The position numbers were made by a program, and so were the translations under genes. A stretch of 64,000 nucleotides of DNA from Candidatus Poribacteria bacterium (lineage in GTDB: Bacteria > Poribacteria > WGA-4E > WGA-3G): positions 2,272,001 to 2,336,000 of the forward strand of contig CAXXLX010000001.1 of assembly GCA_963665235.2 (NCBI GenBank). Reading direction: 5' to 3'. Below the pieces are notes generated by a model that saw only the letters and a list, made by a program, of their open reading frames with translations, was not told the DNA's origin and made no database searches. Positions 9,501 through 19,303 of the stretch are shown piece by piece; positions within the stretch are counted from its first letter, which is position 1, and every line of letters begins with the position of its first letter.

Positions 9501-12255
9501 CTTCAAGCGATTTCGACATTGCTGCATTCAACAGGGTACCACTAGCAACCAAGGTTTCCTCTGTTTCTGGATGGTGGACAGCCTCAACGGTTACCCGGCC
9601 CTCAATTTTGAAAGCGAGCCCGCCAGCATCTGTAGCGAATTTGAGAATACCGTGCGTTGTCCCACAGTCCTCCTGCGTAATCATGACATCTTGTGCAACA
9701 TCCACTAGTTTGCGCGTTAAATATCCGGAGGCCGCGGTTTTCATTGCGGTATCGACCAACCCTTTCCGTGAGCCGTAGGTTGATGTGAAGTAGTCGAGCA
9801 CATCAAGTCCTTCACGGTAGGAGGACTGAATAGGCGTTGAGAGGATTTCGCCGCTCTGCTTGGATTTCAATCCGACAATTGCACTGATTTGTACGAACGG
9901 ATTTTTACGCGCTCGCGCACCACTCTCTGCCATGAGATGAACGGGACTAAACCCTTCTACCGCCTTGTCTTGCTCGACGAGGTGTGTTTCCGTAGCGGGT
10001 AGCAGCGAGAACAATCGTTCCTCAATTTGTTCAATTGCGGAGAACCATAACCGAATTTTTTCGTTTTCCAGCTCCTCCATCTCGAGGTCACCTTGTTCCA
10101 TCAGGCTTTCGATTTGCGCGTTTGCGTTCGCCAGAATTTCGGTTTTGTCCGGGGGTATCAGATAATCTCGGATACCCGGTGAGATACCGCTCAACGTTGC
10201 GTATTCAAAGCTCAGTGTTTGCAACCTATCTAAGAGTGCGACTGTCTCTGCTGTGCCGAGTTCATTAAAGCAGCGGTTCACAAGTGCGGACAACCGTTTG
10301 CCGCGTGCTTCATTGTTAAAGAAAGGCAGTGCCATCCCAGTTGTCTCATCAGTCCATAGGAGCGGTGTCCCGGCACCGCTGTCTTGCGGCAGTACTTCGT
10401 TGAAAATTACCCTGCCAACGGTGGTGAGAATCGGTTCTCTGTGTCCTTCAAAGAACAGTTGAATTGAGTCGTGGAGTTTCAATGCGCCGCAGCCGTGTGC
10501 GTGCGTCACTTCATCCATAGAAAAATAGCGGCGGCTCGCCCAGGATTCCGCTTTCAATCCTGTAAGTGCTTTCTCCTGAGCGCGTCCTTTTTTCGTGTAT
10601 GCCTCATGTAGCTGCACTGCGGCATCTTCATGCTCTGGCAGTGCCCTTGTGAGAAAACTGGCGCCCAGTATCATATCCAATTCTGGTACCGTGATGGGGC
10701 CACCGTGTGAGGGTTTGAGGATATTGCCGCTGCTGAGCAGTAACATTTTCGCTTCTGCGCGGGCTTCAACTGTCAACGGTACATGTACAGCCATTTGGTC
10801 ACCATCGAAATCGGCATTGAAGGCTTTGCAGACGAGCGGTGGAATTCGGATGGATTTCCCTTCAACGAGAACAGGCATAAAGGCTTGTATGCCGAGCCTA
10901 TGGAGCGTCGGGGGACGATTCAGCAGGACAGGGTGGTCAGCGATGACGGTCTCTAATGCCTCCCAAACGGGGGAATCGGGTGCGACGTGGTCAGTCATAT
11001 ATTGTCCCTGCTTAATCGTTTCTGCCTTTCCGCTGAGCATGAGTTTCTCAATAATAAACGGTTTGAAGAGTTGAACCGCCATCCATTTGGGCAGTCCGCA
11101 CTGATGCAGTTCCAATTCTGGACCGACGACAATAACGCTTCTGCCGGAGTAGTCGACCCGTTTTCCGAGTAGATTTTGCCGGAAGCGTCCCACTTTTCCC
11201 TTCAAGATAGCGGAGAGGGATTTGAGTTCACGGTTTCCTGGGCCTGTTACGCGGCGTCCGTGTCTGCCGTTATCTAGGAAAGCGTCGACAGATTCTTGTA
11301 GCATCCGTTTCTCATTTCGGAGGATTACCTCTGGGGACCGAATGTCTATGAGTTTCTGCAACCGGTTATTACGATTGATGACGCGTCGGTATAGGTCATT
11401 CAGGTCGCTAGTTGCGAATCTACCGCCTTCTAGAGAGACGAGGGGCCGGAGGTTAGGACTGATTACGGGGAGGACTTCGAGTATCATCCATTCTGGACGC
11501 ATGTCGGCTTTTTCGAAGCCGGCGACCATCTTCAGCTTTTTTGAGAGTTTGAGCCGTTTCTGGTGGCTGGACGTAGCTTCAAGTTCCTCTGTCAGTTTTT
11601 CGACCTCTGTGGGCAGGTCGATTTGGCGCAAGAGTTCCTGTATTGCTTCCGCGCCGAGGCCGGCACTGAAGTGTTTCGGAAAATCGCGCTGCTTTGCTAA
11701 CAACTCCGGTTCTGTCAGGATTTCACCTATCTTTAGCTCACAGGCATCATCATGTACCGCTGTTACAATAAATGCTTCAAAGTAGAGTACACGTTCGATT
11801 TGCCGGGAACCGAGTTCTAGGAAAGCCCCGAGTCGTGACGGGATTCCTTTGAAAAACCAGATATGGGAGACAGGCGCGGCGAGTTTGATGTACCCGAGGC
11901 GCTCACGTCTCACCTCCGATTTGGTGATTTCAACGCCACATTGGTCACAAATCACCCCTTTATGCTTAATGCGCTTGTATTTACCACAATTGCATTCAAA
12001 ATCCTTCTGCGGTCCGAAGGTGGCTTCACAAAAGAGGCCTTGGTGTTCAGGTCGAAAACTGCGGTAATTGATAGTTTCCGCTTTTTTGATTTCTCCGCAG
12101 TCACAGGTCCCCATTTCGGGGCAGCCGCCTGCTGGGAAACCTGTCAGATTCCGCCGTTTACAAGACGTGCGTTTCGCCCATTCCTTTATCTGTGCAGGTG
12201 AGGCGATGCGGATGGAGATACGGTTAAACGGCTCTTTCGGATTGGGACGTGCCAT
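6562..12255 (-). CDS. rpoC: RNA polymerase beta' subunit (very large, with repeat insertion)
   Basis: NADFDGDQM catalytic motif, N-terminal zinc ribbon, QLTMRTFHTGG trigger loop, GLKENVILGRLIPAGTG C-terminus. Confidence 0.98.
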   Translation of the reverse strand: MARPNPKEPFNRISIRIASPAQIKEWAKRTSCKRRNLTGFPAGGCPEMGTCDCGEIKKAETINYRSFRPEHQGLFCEATFGPQKDFECNCGKYKRIKHKGVICDQCGVEITKSEVRRERLGYIKLAAPVSHIWFFKGIPSRLGAFLELGSRQIERVLYFEAFIVTAVHDDACELKIGEILTEPELLAKQRDFPKHFSAGLGAEAIQELLRQIDLPTEVEKLTEELEATSSHQKRLKLSKKLKMVAGFEKADMRPEWMILEVLPVISPNLRPLVSLEGGRFATSDLNDLYRRVINRNNRLQKLIDIRSPEVILRNEKRMLQESVDAFLDNGRHGRRVTGPGNRELKSLSAILKGKVGRFRQNLLGKRVDYSGRSVIVVGPELELHQCGLPKWMAVQLFKPFIIEKLMLSGKAETIKQGQYMTDHVAPDSPVWEALETVIADHPVLLNRPPTLHRLGIQAFMPVLVEGKSIRIPPLVCKAFNADFDGDQMAVHVPLTVEARAEAKMLLLSSGNILKPSHGGPITVPELDMILGASFLTRALPEHEDAAVQLHEAYTKKGRAQEKALTGLKAESWASRRYFSMDEVTHAHGCGALKLHDSIQLFFEGHREPILTTVGRVIFNEVLPQDSGAGTPLLWTDETTGMALPFFNNEARGKRLSALVNRCFNELGTAETVALLDRLQTLSFEYATLSGISPGIRDYLIPPDKTEILANANAQIESLMEQGDLEMEELENEKIRLWFSAIEQIEERLFSLLPATETHLVEQDKAVEGFSPVHLMAESGARARKNPFVQISAIVGLKSKQSGEILSTPIQSSYREGLDVLDYFTSTYGSRKGLVDTAMKTAASGYLTRKLVDVAQDVMITQEDCGTTHGILKFATDAGGLAFKIEGRVTVEAVHHPETEETLVASGTLLNAAMSKSLEEAEVPSVRVRSVLTCETEKGACATCYGTDLSSGRLVNVGEAIGIIAAQSIGEPGTQLTMRTFHTGGVVEDVSERLARKTLAKAAGTVRFRDFIPDRTVRKEGDLWIAKQYEEDSDQPRYKIRTVQHPDCRLEPGELLTEKQYQKALEDFPGFKAELAAHEVTAVNPDIVSTAPELQIGTLLTDRGYVECSRRFSRFRCDAAHYPIKQVTHPDNPLKPGQLLSENEVEEWRDQIRPFDGEWVRQTKTGDILTEDEYPEYLRIQGKGKSNPELPQMYRIQTIMHPSCPFKVGDLLTPEQERQYHLELDEPVYRVTEVSEGVELTVEQELSKAAYDEARQQYKAFEVKRRTNPPYCVTEVHHPECPLKPGEHIPPENLSKLKDKFEGVTVERLKHRLISVHHPECPMEPAIEETETATKWTYLTEKEYKETLKKYPGFEVTSTKGPSAFEVERLYRITAIHHSEEFPAKVGDLITSSESNRFRRNFKGFDAEKLYFLTQENSDAVDDAPAEKVLTDTDYKALVKHHRDTETPLPDIRLAYHILAVHHADCPLTADEQIDEEDYKRAQRQYKGFETERVYKVTKVSDPEIDLTVDEVLSDADYKKVVKASAQTTYKVNTVTHPRCPFKVGHTLSQAEYDAAMKRYPGVEVDGLIPTLRIVLEVDGGKSEPQEHLISPGYSVSVEAEEKVKAQQPLAELHEKTTNLDIVRGIPRVTDLFEARRPKREDAAEIAEIEGYVQLEGQKSGIPQYRIVDGETKSRLYQIPDEKRRVDEGDWVEAGQRLTDGYLNPHDILAIGRTTINGHSLEGEEAVWTYLVDEVQTVYPSGAINDKHIEVIVRQMLTKIRIIDVGDTGFYANDEVSRTLFHTENRRVQEENGTPATGEPVLQSIGKASLSTDSFISAASFQQTTKVLTDAAVEGQVDYLTGLKENVILGRLIPAGTGFSEWQHIEVNHTSLSQTETPPEELAEPVEELAEPVEELES

Positions 12256-12304
12256 GCGTTTTCGCTCCTTTGGTAAATGGTAAATTTGTTAATAGTAAAA
12301 GCTA

Positions 12305-15300
12305 CTACTCTTTTGTCTGCCAGGGTAATTTCATTGACAGTTCAGATTCTAAAGATTCGGTTGTATCCGCCTCCGTGTCTGTCTCGATTGTTTGTTGGAG
12401 AAAACGGAGTGCTTCGCGAATATCTGCTTTCGGTTCCGGTACCTCATCTGTCTCGTCATCTTCTGTGAATTTGACGTTGAGCCCGAGGCTTTGAAGTTCC
12501 CTGACTAAAACGTTGAAGGACTCCGGTGTCCCAGGGGGTATCGGGTTATTGCCTCTGACAATGGATTCATAGATTTTGCTTCTGCCCTTTACATCGTCCG
12601 ATTTGACAGTGAGCATCTCCTGCAAGGTGTGTGCAGCCCCATAAGCCTCCAATGCCCAGACCTCCATTTCGCCGAGGCGTTGGCCTCCGTGTTGTGCTTT
12701 ACCGCCCAGCGGTTGCTGTGTCACTAGCGAGTAAGGTCCAGTTGAACGTGCGTGCATTTTATCAGCGACGAGGTGATTGAGTTTCAGGAAGTAGACATAG
12801 CCTACGGTCACTTCTTGCCCGAACGGTTCGCCGGTGCGGCCATCGTAGAGGATGCTCTTTCCGGACTCTTTCACGCGTTTCGGTAGGTCGGTTTGTGCCA
12901 ACATGTCGAAAACCTCCTCCTCCGTCGCGCCATCAAAGACAGGAGAGGCGACGTAACACCCGAGTTCATGACAGGCTAAACCGAGGTGTATCTCTAGGAT
13001 TTGTCCGACGTTCATTCGGGAGGGAACACCTAACGGGTTCAAAACGATGTCTATAGGCGTGCCATCGGCGAGGTATGGCATATCCTCTTCGGGCAGTATT
13101 TTTGCAACGACCCCTTTATTTCCGTACCGGCCTGCCATTTTATCACCGACAGAAATGGGCCGACGGCTAGCAATGTAAACCTTTACTAATTTGAGTACCC
13201 CGGGTTTCAGCTCTTCACCTGCTTCTAATTTTTGCAGGGCGACCTCTTTTTCCTGGGTATACGCATCAATCCGTCCGCGTGCGATTTGCTGTAAACTTTG
13301 GAGGTATTCCATCGCTTCTTTGTCAGTGATTTGGAGTGCTGCCAATTCGGTATCATCCAACATATTGAGATACGCCTCTGTGAGGGTATCACCTGCTTGC
13401 ATCGCGCCATTTTCGGGGGTAGCTTCAGGAGCAGGGGCGGGAGCGGCGAGCTTCTTCCTGATTAATGTTTCGCGAAGTTCTACCGTTAATCGTTCTTTAA
13501 TCTGTTCCCGTTGTGCCTGCCAGGCCTGCTCAATCTGCTTGCGTTGTGCTTCTTGGCGCCAAGCCGTTCGTTCGCTATTGGGGGTCGCTTGCCGTGCGAA
13601 GACCTTAACGTCGATGACCACGCCTTCAACCCCAGGGCGTGTATACGTGGAGGCATCCTTGACCTCTTTCGCTTTTTCACCGAAAATTGCGTTCAGAAGT
13701 TTCTCTTCAGGCCCGTATTCGCTTTCACCTTTTGGTGAGATTTTACCGACGAGGAGGCTGCCTGTGCCAACGACACTGCCTACGCGAATGATACCTTCAT
13801 CGTCTAATTGTGCCAAACGGGTGCTAGACATATTCGGGATGTCGCGAGTAATTTCTTCATCACCCATTTTGGTTTGCCGCGCCGTTACCTCAAATTCCTC
13901 TATATGGATAGAGGTAAACGTATCGTTTTTGATAAGGGATTCGCTGATGAGTATTGAATCTTCATAGTTATGCCCGCCCCAGGGCATGTAAGCACAGAGA
14001 ATATTCCGGCCGAGGGCGAGTTCCCCCCCTTCAGTTGACGTTCCATCTGCAATGACATCCCCAACTTCAATAACATCGCCAATATTAACGCGGGGCAACT
14101 GATGAATGCAGGTTCCGCTATTACTGCGCCTGAAGTTTTTCAGATGGTAGACATCGTATCCCATTTCACTGAAAGCATGCTCACCCGATTCAACATGAAG
14201 TGCCTCTCCTGTACGAATCAAAATCTCTTCTGCGTCAACACTAGAGACAACGCCACCTCGACGGGCAATAACCATTGCGTTGGCATCCCGCGCAGCGCGA
14301 TGTTCTACGCCAGTCCCCACCCAAGGGGCTTCTGGAGAAATAAGGGGCACTGCTTGCCGTTGGTGGTTCGCACCCATCAAGGCACGGTTCGCATCTTCGT
14401 GCTCTAAAAACGGAACGAGTGCAGCGGAGACACCTACAATCTGCTGTGGAGCAATTCCGACGTAATCCACATCCGACAAATTGTGAAGCGTCACATCCTC
14501 GCCCTTGCGTGTACGGAGCATGCCGCTCTTGTTGCGAGGCGAAATCGCATCTGCGGGAGCAATATTGTACCGGTCTTCAGCATCCGCTGTGAGATAATGT
14601 ATCTCTGAACTGATTTCACCATCTGCTACTGGCCGGTAGGGTGTCTCTAAAAAGCCATACGGGTTGATTCGGGCAAAAGTCGCAAGCGACACAATAAGAC
14701 CGATTGAGGGCCCCTCAGGTGTTTCTAAAGGGCAGACACGTCCGTAATGCGTTCTATGAACGTCCCGGACTGCGGCAGTCGCACGGTCACGGCGAACGCC
14801 CCCAGGACCGATTGCCGAAATTCGACGTTTATGCGTTAATTCGTCTAACGGGTTTATTTGCTGCATGAACTGTGAAAGTTGGTTTGACCCGAAAAACTCC
14901 CGTAACCCGACCATCAAAGGTTTCGGATTAATCAGGTTTTTCGGATTTTTCAAAGATGCCTCTGTCGTTGTGCTCAGCTTTTCACGAGCGGAACGACGAA
15001 TCTGCAAGAGCGCGATGCGGAACTGATTTTCCAAGAGCTCCCCTATCACACGAACCCGACGATTTCCTAAATGGTCTAAGTCGTCAACAAGTCTGTCACC
15101 GTTCCGGACCAGCATGAGATGATAGAGCGTCGCTGCGATATCTTCCGGTCTCAAAATGTGCAGTTCTTCAGGCGGCAGCTCCCCTGTTTCCTCTTGATAT
15201 ATGGCGTGGTCCCCAAGTTGTCTATTTAACTTGTATCGCCCGACTTTCCCTAAATCGTAACGGGCTTTGTCAAAGAAAAGACGCTTGAGGCACTGTGATG

Positions 15301-16330
15301 CAGCGTCAGGTGTCGGAGTATCCCCTGGACGGAGAGCCCGAAATATTTCAATCAACGCGCCTTCTTGCAAGGTAGTACCTGCATAGTCTTTGACGGTATC
15401 GCGCGACAATGTATTCCGCAAAAATCGCAGCATGTGTGCATCGGTTTCAGCCAAAAGCGTCACGTGTGTCACGCCTGTATCCGTGAGGCGATTAAACTCC
15501 GCTTCTGAAAGCCGCGTGTTTGATTCAAGTAAGACCTCGCCTGATTCAGTATCAACTACGGGGTCAGCGATGACGCGGCCGACAATGTTCTGGGTTATCG
15601 GAACAACCTCGGTCTCGCCAAAAAGTTTTAAAATGTCGGCATCGGTTTCCCAGCCGAGGGCGCGTAAAAGGATAGTTGCTGGCAGTTTCCGGCGCCGGTC
15701 TATCCGGACATGGAGGCAGTCCTTCGAATCGAATTCAAACTCAATCCAGGCCCCCCGATAGGGGATAATTTGCCCTGTGGGGAGTTTCTGAACACTAGAT
15801 GGATGCGATTTGTCAAGAAAAATAACACCGGGCGACCGCTGCAACTGATTGACAATAACCCGCTCCGAACCATTGACGATGAACGTCCCGTTTTCTGTCA
15901 TCAGCGGAATATCGCCGAGGTAAACGTCCGCTTGGGTAATGTCAACGACGCGCGTCTGCCCCGTATCGCTATCTTTTTCACGCTCAACGCACATAAGACG
16001 CGCTTGTAAACGGACCTGATAATTAAGCCCGCGTGCCTGGCAATCGACAAGGTCATGCGTCGGTGTACCGAGGGCATAACTCACGAATTCAAGACTTGCA
16101 GTCTCTTTAAAGTCGTAAATCGGAAAAATTTCTTCAAACAGTGCCTGAAGTCCTATTGATTCCCGTTTATCTTCCGGTACAGAACGCTGCATGAACGCGT
16201 CGTAGGACAGCTTTTGAGTCTCAATTAAGTCAGGCAATTCAAGGATAGAAGGGGTCTTGGCAAAGGAGATACGTTCCCGTAAGGCTGCTGGACTTCCATT
16301 TGTTTTTTTATTCGCTGGCATAATTTTCAC
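12305..16330 (-). CDS. rpoB: RNA polymerase beta subunit
   Basis: [49 protein letters not shown] motifs. Confidence 0.98.
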   Translation of the reverse strand: [1341 protein letters not shown]

Positions 16331-16673
16331 CTACTATCGGGCGCAGATGGGGTAATCAACGCTTTTGAATTAGGGTTCCTGCTCGCCTGCCGCCGTTGCT
16401 GGCAGACAGCTAGCTTTCTTCTTAGGTTTGTAGGTCAGGTTGAACGAAGAAAACCCGACAAGTGGATTTCGGCATTCAGAGACATTTTTGTTAGATGCTA
16501 ATTGCCGAAGCAACCGTTTCTGTGCAAAAACAGTTGCATATTTTTTGAAAAAGTTGTATACTCCGGGCAGAAATAAATTCGCTACTCTATAGGGAAACGT
16601 CCCTATGTTAAAGTTATGCTATATATCAAAATTCAAAAAAAGAGATAACAACATTTCAATAGCGTAACACAAT

Positions 16674-16702
16674 ATTATACACCAATATGTACGAAATGTC
16701 AA
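16674..16702 (-). promoter_or_regulatory. sigma70 promoter of rpoBC
   Basis: Minus strand reads TTGACA-17bp-TATAAT. Confidence 0.7.
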
Positions 16703-16803
16703 GAAAAAATGCAGAAAATTATCAAAAAACTTTATTTTTTAGCTAAATTTTCGCCTGTGAACACGGAAATCCGTTATAGTAACAGTACAGGGATGTAAGA
16801 ATT

Positions 16804-17334
16804 ATGGGAACACTCGGAGCACAATTGCCGGTCAAAGCTATCATCGGCGTACTGACAGCAGAACCACTTTTACTGCCAACCGTTTATCAGGAATTAACAC
16901 AGCACCTCGGTCCCATTGACTTTAGGAGCCAACTTCTTCCGTTCACGAGTACCACCTATTATGAGGCAGAAATGGGACGAGGACTTCAGCGGCAGTTCAT
17001 TAGTTTTGAACGACTTATTCATGCTGAAACGTTGGCAGCTATGAAATTGTTTACAAATCAGGTGGAGCAAACGTTCCTTCGTACAGGGACCTCACAGCGA
17101 CGGGTCAATTTAGATGCGGGGTACGTCTGTATGGCAAAATTAGTCCTCGCCTCTACGAAAGACCACGCCCACCGTATCTATCTGCGGGACGGCATTTACG
17201 CGGAAATCACCCTCCGCTTCTATCGCAAAACGTTCCAACCCTTGGAATGGACCTATCCGGACTACCGGTCCGCCGACTATATCGCTATTTTTAATCAGAT
17301 TCGCACAATTTATAGGGAGGAATGCAACACATGA
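16804..17334 (+). CDS. DUF4416-family protein
   Basis: F..T.YYEAEMG..L.R, RRVNLDAGY...KLVLASTK...HRIYLRDGIYAE, WTYPDY motifs. Confidence 0.8.
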   Translation: MGTLGAQLPVKAIIGVLTAEPLLLPTVYQELTQHLGPIDFRSQLLPFTSTTYYEAEMGRGLQRQFISFERLIHAETLAAMKLFTNQVEQTFLRTGTSQRRVNLDAGYVCMAKLVLASTKDHAHRIYLRDGIYAEITLRFYRKTFQPLEWTYPDYRSADYIAIFNQIRTIYREECNT

Positions 17335-18485
17335 AGATATGGACTACTCGAACACCTTTCAGGGGTATGACCGCTTTCATCTTATGCACTTTTTTCACAT
17401 ATTTAGCAGCATTTGCTATCGCTCAACAGCCTGATACACAACGGAAACGTGCCCGCGAACTCGGTATACATATCGGGCGCCTTCCAACCGGTGAATACAA
17501 CGCGATTACAGATGTCACCGGAGTCAAGGTCGGGCATGTTACCCTGAACCGGGGGGACTCTATTCGCACCGGTGTAACGGCTATCCTTCCGAGCGATGAT
17601 ATATGGAAGGTGCGGCTGTTTGGTGCAGCCTATACGATACATGGCAACGGAGAGGCTACCGGCATTGCCCGAATTAATCAAGCCGGATGGATTGAATCGC
17701 CAATTTTGTTGACAAATACGCTCAGCGTCGGTGCCGTCCACGATGGAGTCGTCCGCTATATTGTCAAGCGGTACCCGAACGATAACATTGTGCTTCCGAT
17801 TGTCGCTGAATGCTATGATGGCGGTTTGAATGACATCAGCGGGCTCCACGTAAAACCTGAACATGCAATCGAAGCAATTGAAAAAGCGACATCCGGGCCC
17901 GTAAAAGAGGGAGGTGTCGGCGGCGGCACCGGTATGCGGTCCTACGGTTTCAAAGCTGGCATCGGCACTGCCTCAAGAGTACTCCCACCGGACAGAGGGG
18001 GATGGAAAGTCGGCGTGCTTGTCAACGCTAACGGCGGACGCAGGCATCAGTTACGCATTGACGGTGTACCGGTCGGTAAGGTTATAGAAGCTGAACGGTT
18101 GAAACCGGGTAGAGACGGTTCATTTATTATTGTCATTGCAACCGATGCCCCGCTGACACATCGGCAATTGAAACAGTTGGCAATCCGCGCAACACACGGA
18201 CTCGCTCACACGGGGACACCGAGTACCGACAGCAGCGGTGAATTCGTTATCGCATTTTCAACAGCAAACGTTTTCCCCCGCAGGACCGAAAGCGGCACCT
18301 TTCAGATTCAGATGGTCGTCAACAGCCGCTTAAGTTCACTTTTTGAGGCTGCAATAGAAGCGACAGAGGAGTCCATTATTAACGCAATGACGATGGCAAC
18401 TACAATGACCGGACGAGGTGGCAGGACGATGCACGCTATCCCCCTACAGCGGTTGCAACAGGTCATGAAACAGCATAACCGCTAA
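17331..18485 (+). CDS. P1/S58 family aminopeptidase (DmpA-like)
   Basis: RARELGI...NAITDVTGVKVGHVT, EGGVGGGTGM, DGSFIIVIATDAPL autoprocessing site. Start overlaps the upstream stop (ATGA). Confidence 0.88.
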   Translation: MKIWTTRTPFRGMTAFILCTFFTYLAAFAIAQQPDTQRKRARELGIHIGRLPTGEYNAITDVTGVKVGHVTLNRGDSIRTGVTAILPSDDIWKVRLFGAAYTIHGNGEATGIARINQAGWIESPILLTNTLSVGAVHDGVVRYIVKRYPNDNIVLPIVAECYDGGLNDISGLHVKPEHAIEAIEKATSGPVKEGGVGGGTGMRSYGFKAGIGTASRVLPPDRGGWKVGVLVNANGGRRHQLRIDGVPVGKVIEAERLKPGRDGSFIIVIATDAPLTHRQLKQLAIRATHGLAHTGTPSTDSSGEFVIAFSTANVFPRRTESGTFQIQMVVNSRLSSLFEAAIEATEESIINAMTMATTMTGRGGRTMHAIPLQRLQQVMKQHNR

Positions 18486-18597
18486 TTTGAATCATGGGGT
18501 CTCCGCTCGCTTGTGCCTAAGTACACTTGAACTTATACCATTTTTATTAATTATTCTATCATTACCGGTTGTTAGCAATGAAACGGAGAACGGAAGA

Positions 18598-18880
18598 CCC
18601 AAACTGGAAGTTTATGCTACGATAAAGGGCACAAACTGGAAGTTTATGCTACGATAAAGAGGCACAAACTGGAAGTTTATGCTACGATAAAGAGGCACAA
18701 ACTGGAAGTTTATGCTACGATAAAGAGGCACAAACTGGAAGTTTATGCTACGATAAAGAGGCACAAACTGGAAGTTTATGCTACGATAAAGAGGCACAAA
18801 CTGGAAGTTTATGACGATAAAGAGGCACAAACTGGAAGTTTATGCTAAATAAAGAGGCACAAACTGGAAGTTTATGCTAA
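18598..18880. repeat. Tandem array of about 9 x 33-bp GTAG-type REP hairpins
   Basis: Unit GGCACAAACTGGAAGTTTATGCTACGATAAAGA; internal imperfect palindrome GCACAAACT-GGA-AGTTTATGC. Two degenerate copies at 19117-19180. Confidence 0.9.
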
Positions 18881-19303
18881 CGAGTTGTGCTAAATGACTT
18901 TTTGTACAACATTATTTCACACAAACAGAACGTTTTGTCCGTGCTTCTCATTGGTTTGGACGCTCTTCAGTCCCAGTATTCGGGCAAGCAGCCCGCTCTT
19001 TAAGGACGATATCTTTATAGCTAAGCGTTCCACCTTTCTCTTTAGTCCCATAGGGACGATATGTTTGTATGACAACATCCAATATCTGTGAGAAAAACAA
19101 AAACAACCAGTTAACTGGCACAAGTCATTATGCTACAATAAAGAGGCACAATCTGGAAGATTATGCTACAATAAAGAGACATTTTCAATTAGAAATGGTA
19201 TTAGTTTTTGCGTCATAAGTGTAAGCCCAACCATCGGGCGGGCTGGATATACGTCGGAAAACCCTTTTTGGACAGATAACCCTCAACGAACCGCAAGGAA
19301 ATA

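Noticed and set aside
13191-13967. Long antisense ORFs within rpoB/rpoC and other genes (e.g. 11222-11785, 25114-25800)
   Set aside because: Shadow frames opposite well-supported genes.
18612-18830. 72-aa repetitive ORF (and the ORFs at 32331-32531 and 32923-33108)
   Set aside because: By-products of tandem DNA repeats; no RBS or protein-like features.
18598-18880. CRISPR array
   Set aside because: The 33-bp units abut directly with no unique spacers, and no cas genes are in the window.
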